From Chiloscyllium plagiosum (lineage: Eukaryota), in contig NC_057754.1 in the NCBI RefSeq assembly GCF_004010195.1, positions 9,049,739 through 9,113,727 of the forward strand: DNA of 63,989 nt. The letters run 5' to 3'. The notes beneath the pieces are model-generated. The model did not search any database. It worked only from the letters and a program-made list of their open reading frames with translations, and was not told the DNA's origin. A program made the translations under genes and the position numbers. Below are positions 49,691 to 62,310 of this stretch, in pieces (position 1 is the stretch's first letter; every line of letters begins with the position of its first letter).

Positions 49691-50169
49691 ATTGACTCCT
49701 GGCACTTGCTTAGTTGGAATGTCAATGATCTTTAGAAAGAGGAAGGGGTTCAATGTTGATGTTTGTTGTGAACTTGATTGTCACTCTTCTACTCCCCACC
49801 CCCCGCTCATTCTCTCTGTCTCTGTCTGTCTCTGTGTCTCTCACACACCTGCTTCTTACTCTTGTCTGGCTGTCCATGTAAGTGATAGTCAGACACACGT
49901 CTCAGGGACTCCCTGATTTCTAGCACATCTCCAAACGTCCTCTCTCGGCACCTTGTCATTAACTTTCTCTAGATATATGAATATATTCTTGCCCTTACAT
50001 TAGCCTTCCCAATATCCCTCCATCTTTTTCTCAGACTAAAAATGATGCCTGTAGAATCCCTGATTGGCCTATTGAATCCACACTGACCCTCCAAATAGCA
50101 TCCCACCCAGACCCACCTCTCCTACCTTTTCCACCTGAGCCACCGTGCTGCCCCATGGGAGAGTTCAGG

Positions 50170-52130
50170 CCTAAAATTATTGAATCCGCTATTGAGTCTG
50201 GAGGGTTGCAGGGTCCCCAAGCAGAAAATTAGGTGTTGTCCTTCCAGCTCACAGTGAGCTTCTCTGGAACACTGCAGTAATGTTGGCCATGCAACAGGGT
50301 GGTGTGTTACACTGGCAGGCAACTGGAAGCTCGGGGTCTTTTTTGTGGGCAGAATGTAAATGATCTGTGAAGTGGTCACCCAGTCTATGCTTTGTTTCCC
50401 CAGTGTATATGAGACCACTTTGTGAGCAGCGAATGCACCGGACTAGTACATGTAAAGTGCTTCTTCACCTGGAAGGTATGTTTGGGCCCTTGGATACTGA
50501 GGAGGTAAACAGACAGTTGTTACACCTTTTGGCTGCAGAGGAAGGTGCCGTGAGGCTGTGGGGTGGTTTGAGAGTAAAGGAAGAATGAACCAGGGTGTCC
50601 CGGAGGGAACGATCCTTGTGGAAGGCAGACAAGGGAGGGGAGGGGATTTTTTTCTGGTTGTGGCATTACACAGGAGGTGGCGGAAATGGCAGGTGAAGAT
50701 CTTCTGGATGTGGATGCTGGTGGGATAGTGGATAAAGACAAGGGGAACCCTCTCACTGTTGTGGCGGGAAGAGAAGGGGTGAGTGGGGGAGTTGGGTCGG
50801 ACCTAGTTAAGGGCCCTGTCGACAACGGTGCTGGAGATTCCTTGGTTGAGGAGGAAAGTGGGCATTTTGGATGCTCCCTTAGTGAATTTGGCCTCATCAG
50901 AACATATGTGATGGAGCCGGAGGAACTAGAAGATTGCAATGAAGTCTTTACAGGAAACAGGGTGTGAGCACGTACAGTCCAGGTAGCTGTGGAAGTCAGT
51001 GGGTTTAGAGAGGATATTAGTGGCCAGTCTATCCCCAGAAGTGGAAACACAGATGTTGAGGAAGGGAAGGGAGGAGTCAGAGATGGACCAGGTGGAAGTG
51101 AGGGTGGGACGGAAATTGGAAGCAAAATTTATGAACTTTTCCAATTCTGGATAAGAGAGGAAAGTAGCACCAACGATCGTCGATATATCAGGGAAAGAGT
51201 TGTGGTTGGGGGCCAGTATTTCAAAACTGGCATAAAGCATCAGAGGAATCACAGATGTACATGGGCAGGGACTGGGCCAGGGGAGAAAAGACTGAGTTAG
51301 GGTAGGAAGAGATGAGTTGTGTTGGGGAGGAGCAGTCTGAAACAATGATTCTGCCTGGCCAGTGCTGTCTGTGGATTTTCGGAAGGAGGTTGAAGCGAGC
51401 TGTGTGGGACTGGGGAACTATCAGCTTGGAGGCAGTGGTGGTGGGGAGGGATTGCCATTACGAAATGAGGCCAGTGACTGTAGTTGATACAATGACCTGA
51501 TGTGCTGTGGTGGGGTCAAGATCAGGGGAGCGAGGAGGAGGTATCTGAGAGCTGGCACTCAGCGTCTGCATTGTATAGCTCAGTACGCCAGGATCCAACA
51601 GCACCACCCTTATCGGCAAGCATGATAAGAAAGTCAGGATTGAATCTGAGCAGACAAAGTGCAGTCAGTTTGGAGGGAGATAGCTTGGATTGGGTGAGGG
51701 GGATGGAGAGATTGAGGTGACTAATGTCATGTCGACAGGTCTCTATGAACAGATCGGTAAAAGGCCAGAGGGAGGGGTACAGGTGGAAGGAGAGTGTTAG
51801 AGCTGGGCAAAGGAGTCTGTGGGATGGGGAGAGGACTCTTGCCCAAAGAAATGGGCACGGAGGCAAAGATGACAGATGAGTTCAACATCATGTCCCGCCC
51901 TGAAATTCATTGGGATGGGGATGCAGAGGAATAAAGCTGAGACCTTTAGGGGAGGGGATGGAGTCAGAGGGAAGGGGAGGGGAGCAAGGTTCCAGGAGGC
52001 TGTGGGTGTCTGTGAGTTGTTGCATCTTGCGGGTCTTGATGCCTGAAAGGAAAAGGTTTCTTGTTAGCGTGGCGAATGAGCCAGAGGATGAAGTGGAACT
52101 GTTGGGTGGTGCAGCCCTGAGCCAGCATCT
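50170..52130 (-). mobile_element. Penelope-like element RT/GIY-YIG remnant
   Basis: IMLADKGGAV, SISDSSLPFL, KPTDFHSYLD, EGQHLIFCLGTLQP. Confidence 0.85.
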
Positions 52131-53789
52131 CCCTGTAAAGTTAGGCAAACTCTCCTCCTTAAAAGGCTGTTCACACTCGATCAGAGATTTAACATCTTTG
52201 CTAATACGATGTGCTCAGGAAAGTGAGGCCTCACTGCTTGGTGGGGTGGAATAGGCTTGAAGGACTAAATGACCAACTCCTGGAGTCCTGACTGAGCTGT
52301 CAGTTCTGCAGGTCTGGGTTCTACCTTCTTCATTCACTGACTCCCAGCTGAAATTGTTTTTGCATTAGATCAGTTCACTCTGAACCATAATCCTAATTTC
52401 ACCTCTGGAGCAAAATCTACAACTTAAAATCAGTAATAAAAGAGTCTTTGTGGTTTTTCAGCATCATTCATAACCTCAAACCGCCCCAAAGTGATTGACA
52501 ATGATGGACTTTGGAAGGAAGAATGAGGCGAGGGAAAATAAACTAAATGGTGCATATTTCGATTAGATATACAGAAATCTTCGAATGTGACAGCACACTG
52601 TTATAAAACAATGTTAATGGAGGTCCCAGGATTTATTCTTCGAGGCATGCAGGACAAAAGCAAGGGAGTTAAGATGAACTTTACAAAACCTTTCTTAGTC
52701 GTGAGCTGAAATCTTATGTTTGATTCTGAAAGATGTCAGGGTTTTGAAGAGGTTGCAGGGAACTTTCACCAGACCTGTAAGTATCAAGGATGAGAGATTT
52801 CAGCTACGTGGAGGCACAGTTTTTCTTTGGGCAGAGAAGAGTAAGGATTTATTCAGTAAGTGTGTTGAATTTATTTTTAAGGTGTTTTCTTTAACAATGG
52901 GAGTGACTGCTTTCATTAGCCAGGTGGTTGGGAACTGCAGAATGCTGCAAAACCTCCAAGGTGAAAATGAGGAGTTATGTCACTGAGCAAGTTATGATGC
53001 ATTGGAACACACTGCCTGAATAACCTGGAGAAGCAGATTTCAAAAACAATCTAGGTTTTTACCTACTAAGGGAAGGAGAAGCCAGGGAGACACTGTTAGT
53101 TTTTTCAGAGACAATATAGGAACAATCAATGAGCTGAAAGACTATCAGCTCTTCTCTCTGATTCTATTGCATATGTTTACTAAGAATCATTAAATTAAGG
53201 ATATTATTTAGCTAGAGAGTGTTCAGAAAAGATTTGCCAGGAATGTTGCCAGGTGTGGAAAGTTTCGGTGATAAAGAAAGGATGGATCGACTGGGCTTTT
53301 TTTATGGAGGTTGAGAGGTGACCATTTAGATGTTTATAAAATCATGAGGGGTATAGGTTGGGTTAACGACAGGTGTTTTTTCCTTAAAATATGACTCGTA
53401 GTCTTGAAATTCTAAGGTGAGAAGAGAGATTTTAAAAAGACATGAGGGGTAAATCTTTTACACAGAGGGTGGTTCACATGTGAATGAACTTCCTGAGGAA
53501 GTGGTGGATGCGGGCCCTTTCAACGCTTGAAAACATTTAGATAAGGACATCAATTGGAAAGGTTTGGAGGGATATGTGCCACAAGCTTGCAGGTGGGACT
53601 ACTTTTGTTTGGGATTATGTTCAGCAAGGACTAGTTGGATCGAAGGGTCTGTTTCCGTGCTGTATGATTACGACTCTATTACAGTCTTATAATAGCAGAG
53701 CATGAATGGGGCCTGTTAGGCTCATCGTGAACATATTGGCTTTTTCAAAGAGCAAATCTGTTAATGGCACTCTCACTCTTTCTACCTAC

Positions 53790-54010
53790 CCCTTGTCAAA
53801 GGTTCAGCCCAGAAACACACAGACACAGTCACACTGGGGAGAAACCATGGAAATGTAGGGTCTGTGGGAAGGAATTCAGTTATGCATCTGGGTTGGAACA
53901 TCCCCTACACGCACATAGGGATAGGCCTTTTGATGGGTCAGTGGAGGGATTCACTTGGTCTTCGAAACTCCAAACATGCCAGAGGGTTCATACTAGAGAG
54001 AAACAATGAC
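53790..54010 (+). pseudogene. Short C2H2 zinc-finger relic
   Basis: HRHSHTGEKPWKCRVCGKEFSY followed by degenerate fingers. Confidence 0.75.
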
Positions 54011-54715
54011 AGAGCTTTAAAATGCAGCTCTGTTTTTATAACCTCAGTGAGAATCAGAGACAAACTCTGGGTCTAGAAACCCATGAATGTTTTGAGATGA
54101 GACTTTGGGTTCATGGACTCCGAGGCAGCAATGGCTGTTGTGGAGCTTAAACTGCTTTCTGATATCTGCGGGGTCCTTTCAATCCTTATTCTAAACAATA
54201 ACGTTGATGGTTGCAGTTGAATGGACAGACTCCAAGGCATGATAGTTGCTGGTAAAAAAAAACTGTGAGGATGTTTCTGTCGAGGGTTTATTTCTTGAAT
54301 AATCAGGATCATAATGTACAATAATTATGATTCTATTATATTAATAGTCAGGCTCCACTGTTCAGACTCTAAGTATGTTCATCATGAATTGCCTCTTGCA
54401 TACAGATTTGAAATCCTATAAGATTCTGGATACTGATATGTGAAGAATCAGATAACTATGACATTAATATTCTGGTTCCTATCACATCAACAATCAGGGT
54501 CCAATTAATTATGCAGCTCCTATTGCATTCCCAATCAGTTGTCTATTCCAGCTGTACTCAGAAATGTTCAGCAATCAGGAAGTTGTATGTCAAAAATCCA
54601 CACACTTCAGTTAATAATCAGAACCCTAATACATCATTTAATTAGGATTCTATTACATTCAAGAGATTTGATGTTTTGTCAATAATCCTTATCGTAAAAG
54701 ATGAATAATCAGAGT

Positions 54716-55508
54716 GACATTGCACTTTGGAAAAAAGAATAGAAGCATGGATTACTTTCTAAACGGTGAGAAAATTCGTAAAGCCAAAGTACAGAGGGAT
54801 CTGGGAGTGCTAGTTGAGGATTCTCTAAAGGTAAACACACAGGTTGAATCCGTGATTAAGAAAGTGAATGCAATGTTGTCAATTATCTCAAGAGGGTTGG
54901 AATATAAAAGCACTGTTGTGCTACTGAGACTTTATAAAGCTCTGGTTAGGCCCCATTTAGAATACTGTGTCCAGTTTTGGTCCCCACACTTCAGGAAATA
55001 CATACTGACACTGGAGCGTGTCCAGCGGAGATTCACACGGATGATCCCTGGAATGGTAGGTCTAACATATGAGGAATGGCTGAGGATCCTGGGATTGTAT
55101 TCATTGGAGTTTAAAAAATTAAGGGGAGATCTGATAGAAACTTACAAGATAATACATGGCTTGGAGAGGGTGGACGCTAGGAAATTGTTTCCATTAGGCG
55201 AGGAGACTAGGACCTGTGGACACAGCCTTAGAATTAGAGGGGGTAAATTCAGAACAGAAATGCGGAGACATTTCTTCAGCCAGAGAGTGGTGGGCCTGTG
55301 GAATTCATTGCCACAGAGTGCAGTGGAGGCTGGGACGCTAAATGTCTTCAAGGCAGAAATTGATAAATTCTTGATGTCACAAGGAATTAAGGGCTACAGG
55401 GAGAATGCGGGTAAGTGGAGTTGAAATCTCCATCAGCCATGATTGAATGGCGGCGTGGAATCGATGGGCCAAATGGCCTGCCTTCTGCTCCTATGTCTTA
55501 TGGTCTTA
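54716..55508 (+). mobile_element. Young 5'-truncated CR1 LINE (open ORF2 C-terminus, 3' tail)
   Basis: 236-aa uninterrupted ORF with LYKALVRPHLEYCVQFWSP and a TCTTATGGTCTT tail. Confidence 0.93.
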
Positions 55509-56689
55509 ATGAACAGAGTCCAAGAACACTAATGATCTATTAATAATCCTCAATCCATTTATTGGGCCTTCCTCCTGACCCTCCCCCCAAAAAAAACAGG
55601 CACACTGGGGTCAGAGGCATTGAAATGAGGTCACTTCAAGAGAAGGTTGTTAAAGATTTTAATGCATTTATCTCAACACTCATCAGTCACAGTCACACCT
55701 GACTGTTCTACATTCTTTTTTTTCTTCACTTGCGTGATGTGGCTGGAGCTGGCTGGACATCTATTCCTCATCCCGAATTTCCCTTGAGAAGGTGGGTGGT
55801 GAGCTGACTTCTTGATTTGCTGTGGGCCCTTTGCTGTAGGTGCACTCACAATGCTGCCAGGGAGGGAACTTCCGGTTTTTGGCCAAATGACACATGGAAC
55901 AGCTGACATATTTCCAAGTCCAGATAGTTCAGAGAGATTTGAGGGCAACCTGATATATGGTGTTCCCATTATATTTGCTGCTCTTGTTCCTGTGGGTTGC
56001 AGGTTGGAAAAGTGCTGTCCAAGGAGCCTTGGTGAATTTCCACAGTGCATCTTGTAGATGGTACACACTGCTGCTGCTGAGTGTCAGTGTTTAAGGGAGT
56101 GAATGTTGAAAGTGATGCCAATTAAGCAATTTGCTTTATGCTGATACTTTGGGCTACTTGAGTGTTGTTGGAGGTGTACCCACCTTCCTGACAAAGCTTA
56201 TTATTATTAGTGGTTATCAGGTGTCATTGTGAGTTGCTATATCTGGTGCTGGCACCATTCTGGAAGTATTGGAAGTGATGCTATCAAAGTATATAGGGAT
56301 GGGCATGTTGCCTTTGAAAGGAGTGGTTGAGACAGAAGAGTTTTGGTAGACAGCCAACTAGCTCCAAAGTCTCGTCAGGTCTTATCCTATTGATGGTGTT
56401 GAATGCTTTACCGAGACTGATGAAAATATGGAGTGGAGGTCTGTCCTGGTCCCCATACCTTCTGCCATAGCTGGTGTACAGGAAAGGTCCTGTCCACTGT
56501 TAATCTGTCAGCACAGAAACCACACTCTGCTTCTGGACACACTCGCTCTGCAGGTGGTTGCAGTGTTTTAAACTCCCAAAAAACCCCTTCCTTGCGATGC
56601 TGAAGAGGGAGATGTTGTTGCAGTTACTGTCTCCTGTGTTTTTGTACCACGTGAGGATATTTGCATCATGTTTGTCCTATTGATGGCCT

Positions 56690-57375
56690 CAACTGGGACC
56701 TTGGGTTTGTATTATACTATAGGTGACCCCACTATATTACACACACTCTCACATACAAACACACACACTCCTCCAGACCCACACACTCACGCTCCCTTCT
56801 CTCATACACAAGCTTTCTCTCATATGCTCACACACACACGCTCCCTCTCACAGACTGGTACCCCAATAAACTCACACACACAGACATACACTCTCTCACA
56901 GACACTCATACCCACATGCACACGCTCACTTGGTCTCCCCTGCACACACAAATATAAGCTTGTGCGTGAATTTGTACTTGCAGAATTACGTTTTATTTTA
57001 CTCAAAAACTGCATAAATCCATGTAAGATTCTGTAGCTCCCACTTTAGAAATAGAATCAGTCTGAGTTAACATTGGGACACAGACTTTAACTTCACACCT
57101 TCAATGCATTATCTGAGCTGAGATGACACCAGACTAACATGGTCATTCTAAAGGATGAAAGACGTAAGCTAAATTTGTTTACTATTACATTCCATGACAC
57201 TGCAATCCTGTTGCTATAAAGTCCCCTGTGTCTTATGATTCTGCTCCACAATCACCTGATGAAGAACCAGCACTTTGAAAGCTAATGATTCCGAATAAAC
57301 CTTTTGGACTATAATCTGGTGTTGTGTGATTTTTTAATTTTGTCCACCCCATTCCAACGTTGGCATCTCCAAATC
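56690..57375 (+). mobile_element. Penelope-like 3' end
   Basis: CA-rich UTR and a terminus with a degenerate CTGATGA...GAAAG. Confidence 0.7.
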
Positions 57376-58279
57376 ATGTCCTGTTGAACAGATCCTACCT
57401 CCCAATAAAGGAGGAGGAGATCATGAAGCTGTGGCAGTAAATGGCACTTTCTATATTTGAGCAAATTCTATCTGTCCATGGAAACTTTCTGCTTGCTCAG
57501 CAATCAATTGGCTTTTTCCAGGTCTGGCGATGAACTCAACCACAACAGGAAGGTTCAGGAGAATGTCAAGTAGAGATTCAGAAATGTCTCTGTCACAGGA
57601 GTACAGCTCACAGCAATGTTCAACCCTTTGGGAGTTTGCTTCTGTTTACTTCTTTCAGTGAGAAGTTCATTTCCAAACGTCAGCAAGGAAATGGTGATGC
57701 TCTTGATCACCTCAAATGTAGCACATAGGTTTCCAACATCACAGGCAGTTTGGATTTCTGCACAGAAATTGATCCAGTGTTTCTTTATCATATCTCCAAG
57801 TGATTTGCACAACTGTCTCATCTACTTTCAGGTGATACTGTGATCCAGCTGTTGGGCTGATGTTGTAAATCAGATCAGCGTTGATTATTGTTTCAATGAC
57901 AGGTGTCATCTCTGCTGATTAGATCTCAAACCAGTGTTTATTATGGGTTCCACCTTTCCCAAATATTGCTGTGTCATAAATTCATTACCTTCATTACAGT
58001 GGTGCTTTATAGACACTGATTTGGAGAGTTTGTAAAGACCAATTTAGGATTGAAGCAAAAATTCTTAATTCCACGATATTTATATTTGTAGATGAAGTCC
58101 TTGAATTAAGGGGGAAGATCAGAGCTGCATAATAAGAGGCAGTGCAGCTTCAAAAGCTATGACACATTGAGAGTGTCAGATTGCATCTAGATTTATGGAT
58201 TGTTAATGTCAGCAGAAACAAGTCAAATTTTGTCAGATTTTCAATCGTGGATGTAGTTAACAGCAGAATCAAAGCCCTG

Positions 58280-58900
58280 TAATCACTAATGGACTTGTTG
58301 GTGTCTCTGTAGATGGGATGGCTGAGTGAATTCCATCCCACACACAGCAAGAAAATGGCCTCTCCACAGTGTGAACTTGCTGATGTGTCAGCAATTGGGA
58401 TGACCAAGGGAATCTCTTCCCACACACCGAGCAGGTGAAAGGGCTTCTGCCCACCGTGGGTGCATTGGTATTCTTTGAGGGCCATTGACTGCTTGAAATT
58501 CTTTCCACAGGAAGTATAGTGGAATGGATTCTCCTTCATGTGAAAATGGTGGTGCGACTAGAGGGCGAGTTACTGAGAGAATCCCGTCTGACACACAAAG
58601 CAAGTGAACAGTTTATGCCTGTGTGACTTTGCTTGTGTTCACTGAGCGTGTCTGAAGACCTAAAAGCTCTGTCCACAGGTTGTGCAGCTGAATGGCTTCT
58701 CCTCGGTGTGAACAAAGGCTGGATGACCAAGCAAATCCCTTCCCACACAAAATGCAGGTGAATGGCCTCTCCCCAGTGTGAATGTGCCAATGGATATCCA
58801 GCTGGGATGAGTAATGAAATCCTTTCCCACAATCTTCACATTTCCACGGTTTCTCCATGGTGCTGGTATCCTCGTGTCTCTCCAGGTTGAATGATCAATT
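58280..58900 (-). pseudogene. C2H2 zinc-finger pseudogene
   Basis: MEKPWKCEDCGKGF...HTGERPFTCILCGKGF, followed by multiple frameshifts and lost ligands. Confidence 0.85.
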
Positions 58901-59164
58901 GAAGCCTCCCCGAAACACACAAGATCTGTACAGTTTATTGTTTATTCACACGTGTAAATCCACCGCTTAATGCTTTACAAAAAGTCACTCCTATCAGTCC
59001 AGGATGGGAATTCTGAACGGAGAATTGCAGTTCCCCTGGGACACTGTTTCCTGGTGTCCCCTCCTCCCCGTGCTGAAATACAAATAAACTGTGGAATAAT
59101 TCTTCACTTGCTGGAGACAATCAGATTACTTCTGGAAATAAACACCCCTCAGGCTGCAGCTCCA

Positions 59165-59400
59165 GTCAAGCATTTGGCTGCGCATGTGCCATAGGGATTG
59201 GCGCTTCATGGCAGCAATGCGCATGCTCTGGATACCGAATGACTGGCGGCAGGTCTGCACCAATAGCAACAGGGGGCGGTACAGGAGACCGGGTCTTGAA
59301 CGGACGTTCCTCCAACCAATCGGAGCGGGCGGGGCCAGTCGTGATTGGCGCATGGGCAGTGTGGAGGGTTGCTGGACCCGGAAGGAGGAAGTGCAAAGTC
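59165..59400. promoter_or_regulatory. Compact bidirectional ZNF-type promoter
   Basis: NRF1-like TGCGCATG (twice), CCAAT/ATTGG (four times), GC boxes and ETS CCGGAAG. Sits between a minus-strand ZNF relic and a plus-strand exon-intron-exon start. Confidence 0.65.
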
Positions 59401-59639
59401 TGAGGGACAAGAACTGGAAAGAGAATTGGGAGTTATCCGGAACACTCCTGGTACGGGCTGTCCACAGTCGGATTAGAAACTCCAGAGTCTCGTTCACAAA
59501 GGGAGGATTTATATCCAAATGAGATGTTTGTCTTTCCTGGACAGAGAAGGTTGGGAATCTTCTACATTCTCTTTTTGCAGGAGATTGAACGGAAAGGATT
59601 CGCAGACGGGAAACTCGAGCTAAACATCTCATCAAGGTG

Positions 59640-60255
59640 TAGAGAGAATTCACACGATACCAGGTTATAGCCCAACAAGTTTGTTTGAAAACAAACAAGC
59701 TTTCGGAACGCAGCCCCTTCATCAGGTGCAGCGAGAGAGCAGGGCTTGCATAAACAGAGAGATAAAACAATCTTACAATTGATGTGAGTGCAGAGTCAGA
59801 TAATACATCTCTGCACTGACCAAGAGTGTTGGGTGGTGTGTAAAGTGTTTGTAATGCCAATATCTGTTCATGATAGCACAGCACTATCAACAGAGCGATA
59901 AGAATATACAAAAGGTGACCACGAGTCTGACTCTGAAATGTGGGTGTGAGGCTTTGTTGGCAAGCTGCTTGAGTTTTAGTCTGGAATCAGGCCGATTTTA
60001 TTCCAAAAGCTGGAATTTATAAGATGCCAGTAACTGACTGTAACTACAAATTGTGTGTCTTTTGAACAAAATAGGATGTACCTGCAAATAAACAAATATC
60101 TTGCATGAAATGATTCACCCTGTGGATTCATATGTGTGGGGGAAGAATGGGTGGGTGGGTAAGGAGGGGAGGGGAGGGGTGGGTGAGGAGGGAAGGGGAG
60201 GGGTGGGGAACACAGTGTGTGTGTGTGTATGCACTTTGAGAGAATGTGTGAGTGT
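59640..60255 (-). mobile_element. Penelope-like 3' end
   Basis: Minus strand CTGATGAAGGGGCTGCGTTCCGAAAGCT terminus, plus UTR homology to 15470-15600. Confidence 0.7.
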
Positions 60256-60334
60256 AATAAGTAGTTCAAAATTGTACAAATACCACAACAAGATAAAGAC
60301 AGTTTGTCAATGGGCGGAGCAGTGGTAAATGGGA

Positions 60335-62310
60335 TTTAGAGTCATACAGATGTACAGTATTGAAACAGACCATGCCGATCAGATATCTTAAATTAGTCTG
60401 ATCCCATTTTCGTGCATTTGGCCCATATCCTTCTAAACCCTTCCAATTTATATACCTTTTAAATGTTGTAATTATACCAGTCTCTACCACTTCCCTTGGC
60501 TGCTCATTCCATACACGCATCATTCTCTGCATTAAAACATTGCCCCTTCTGTCCCATTTAAATGTTTCCCCTCTCGCCTTAAACCCATGCCATCTTGTTT
60601 TGGACTCCCTCAACCCCAGGGAAATTACCTTGTCTATTTACCATATCCATGCTTATCATGATTTTATAAACCTCCACAAGGTCACCCCGCAACCTCGAAT
60701 GCTCAAGGGAATATAGCCCCAGCCTATTTAGCGTCTCCCTATGGCGCAAACTCTCCAACCCTGGCAATCTTTTCTAAACCCTTTCAAGTTTACTAACTTA
60801 CTAATCATACCTCATATGTTCATATCCAATTCATTTATATAAATGACGAAAAACAGTGGACCCAGGACTGATCTTTGTGGCACATCGCTGGTCACAAGGC
60901 TCCAGTCTGAAAAGCAATCCTCCACAACCACTCTTTCCCTTCTATCTTCAAGCCAATTCTGTATCCAAATGGCTGTATTCCATGTGATTTTAAGCTTGCT
61001 CACCAGTCTACCATGAACACCTGACTGAAGTCAATATAGGTCATGTACGATCATCAATCCTCTTTTTTTCCTTCTTCAAAAAATTCAATTAAGTTTGTGA
61101 GACATGATTTCCCACGCACAAAGCCATGTTGACTATCCCGAATCAGTCTTTGCCTTTCCAAATACAGGTAAATCCTGTCCCTCAGGATTCCCTCCAATAA
61201 CTTGCCCACCATTGATGTCAGACTCAGTGGTCTATAATTCCCTGGCTTTTCCTTACCACCTTTCTTAAATAGTGGCACTACGTTAGCCAATGTCCAATCT
61301 TCTGGAGCAATCATTTCCTTAGCTTCCCACAGTTGTCTAGGGTACACCCAGGATTTATCCATCTTTACGCATTTTAAGCTGTCGAGGACTACTTGGTGTG
61401 AAATATAGCTTAATCTTGAAGAGTATAAGGTGATGCATTTTGGCAGCTCTAACAAGGTGAGGGGACACAATGAATGGCTGGACCCCAGGAAGGACAGAGG
61501 ATCAGAGAGACCTTGGTGTGCATGCCCACAGATAAAGTAGTTAAAAAGCATATGGGATACTTGCCTTTTTTTATCTGGGGCATTGAATACAAGAGCAGGG
61601 AGATGATAATGGAGCTCTGTAGGACATTTGTTAGACAGCAGCTGGAGCACTGTTTGCAGTTTTGGTCACGTGCTTAGAAGGACATGATTACAAGAGAGGA
61701 GGTGCCTGGCTTGAACGTATCAGCTATGGAGAGAGACTAGATTGTTGGGTTTGCTTTTCTTGGAGCAGAGAAGTTCAAAGGGGATGGGATGGGGCCTGAT
61801 TGAGGTGTACAAAAGTTATGAAGAGCATAGATAGGGGAGATAAAAAAAGAACCTTTCTTGGTGGAGGGATCAGTCAGCATGGGGTATAGATTTAAAGTAA
61901 AAGGCAGGAGGTTGAGAGAGGATTTAACCAAGTTTTTTTTTCAGTTAAGTAGGTGGTGGGTGTCTGGATCTCTCTGCTTAAGATTAGTAGAGGTCAATTC
62001 TCTCTCTAGAGTTTTAATTAGTTCACAGACCTCAGATCTATGTATGGCAGCAATGTCTGCACCCAGAAGTCAATGCATTAGCACAGTGATCAGCATGTGT
62101 GGCACAGCGTAGATGAACTGTGGTGGAGGTCAGAGCCATTACAACATTTAAGAAGTACTTACATGAGCACTTTAAATAGCATAGCATACAAGGTTCGGGG
62201 CCAAATTCTGGAAAATGGGATGAGAGTAGATAGGTGTAGGATGACCACTGCGGATACAAAGAACCGAAGGGCCTATTTCTTCCTGCAAAAACTCTATGAT
62301 TATAAGACAT
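60335..62310. mobile_element. CR1 fragments (minus ~60335-61385; plus ~61400-62310)
   Basis: PGNYRPLSLTS, QHGFVRGKSCLTNL, GIEYKSREM. Confidence 0.85.

Noticed and set aside
54714..55424. 236-aa host protein
   Set aside because: CR1 ORF2 C-terminus from a 5'-truncated insertion.
59126..59911. 261-aa ORF
   Set aside because: It runs through a Penelope terminus and a GC-rich promoter and has no recognisable domain.
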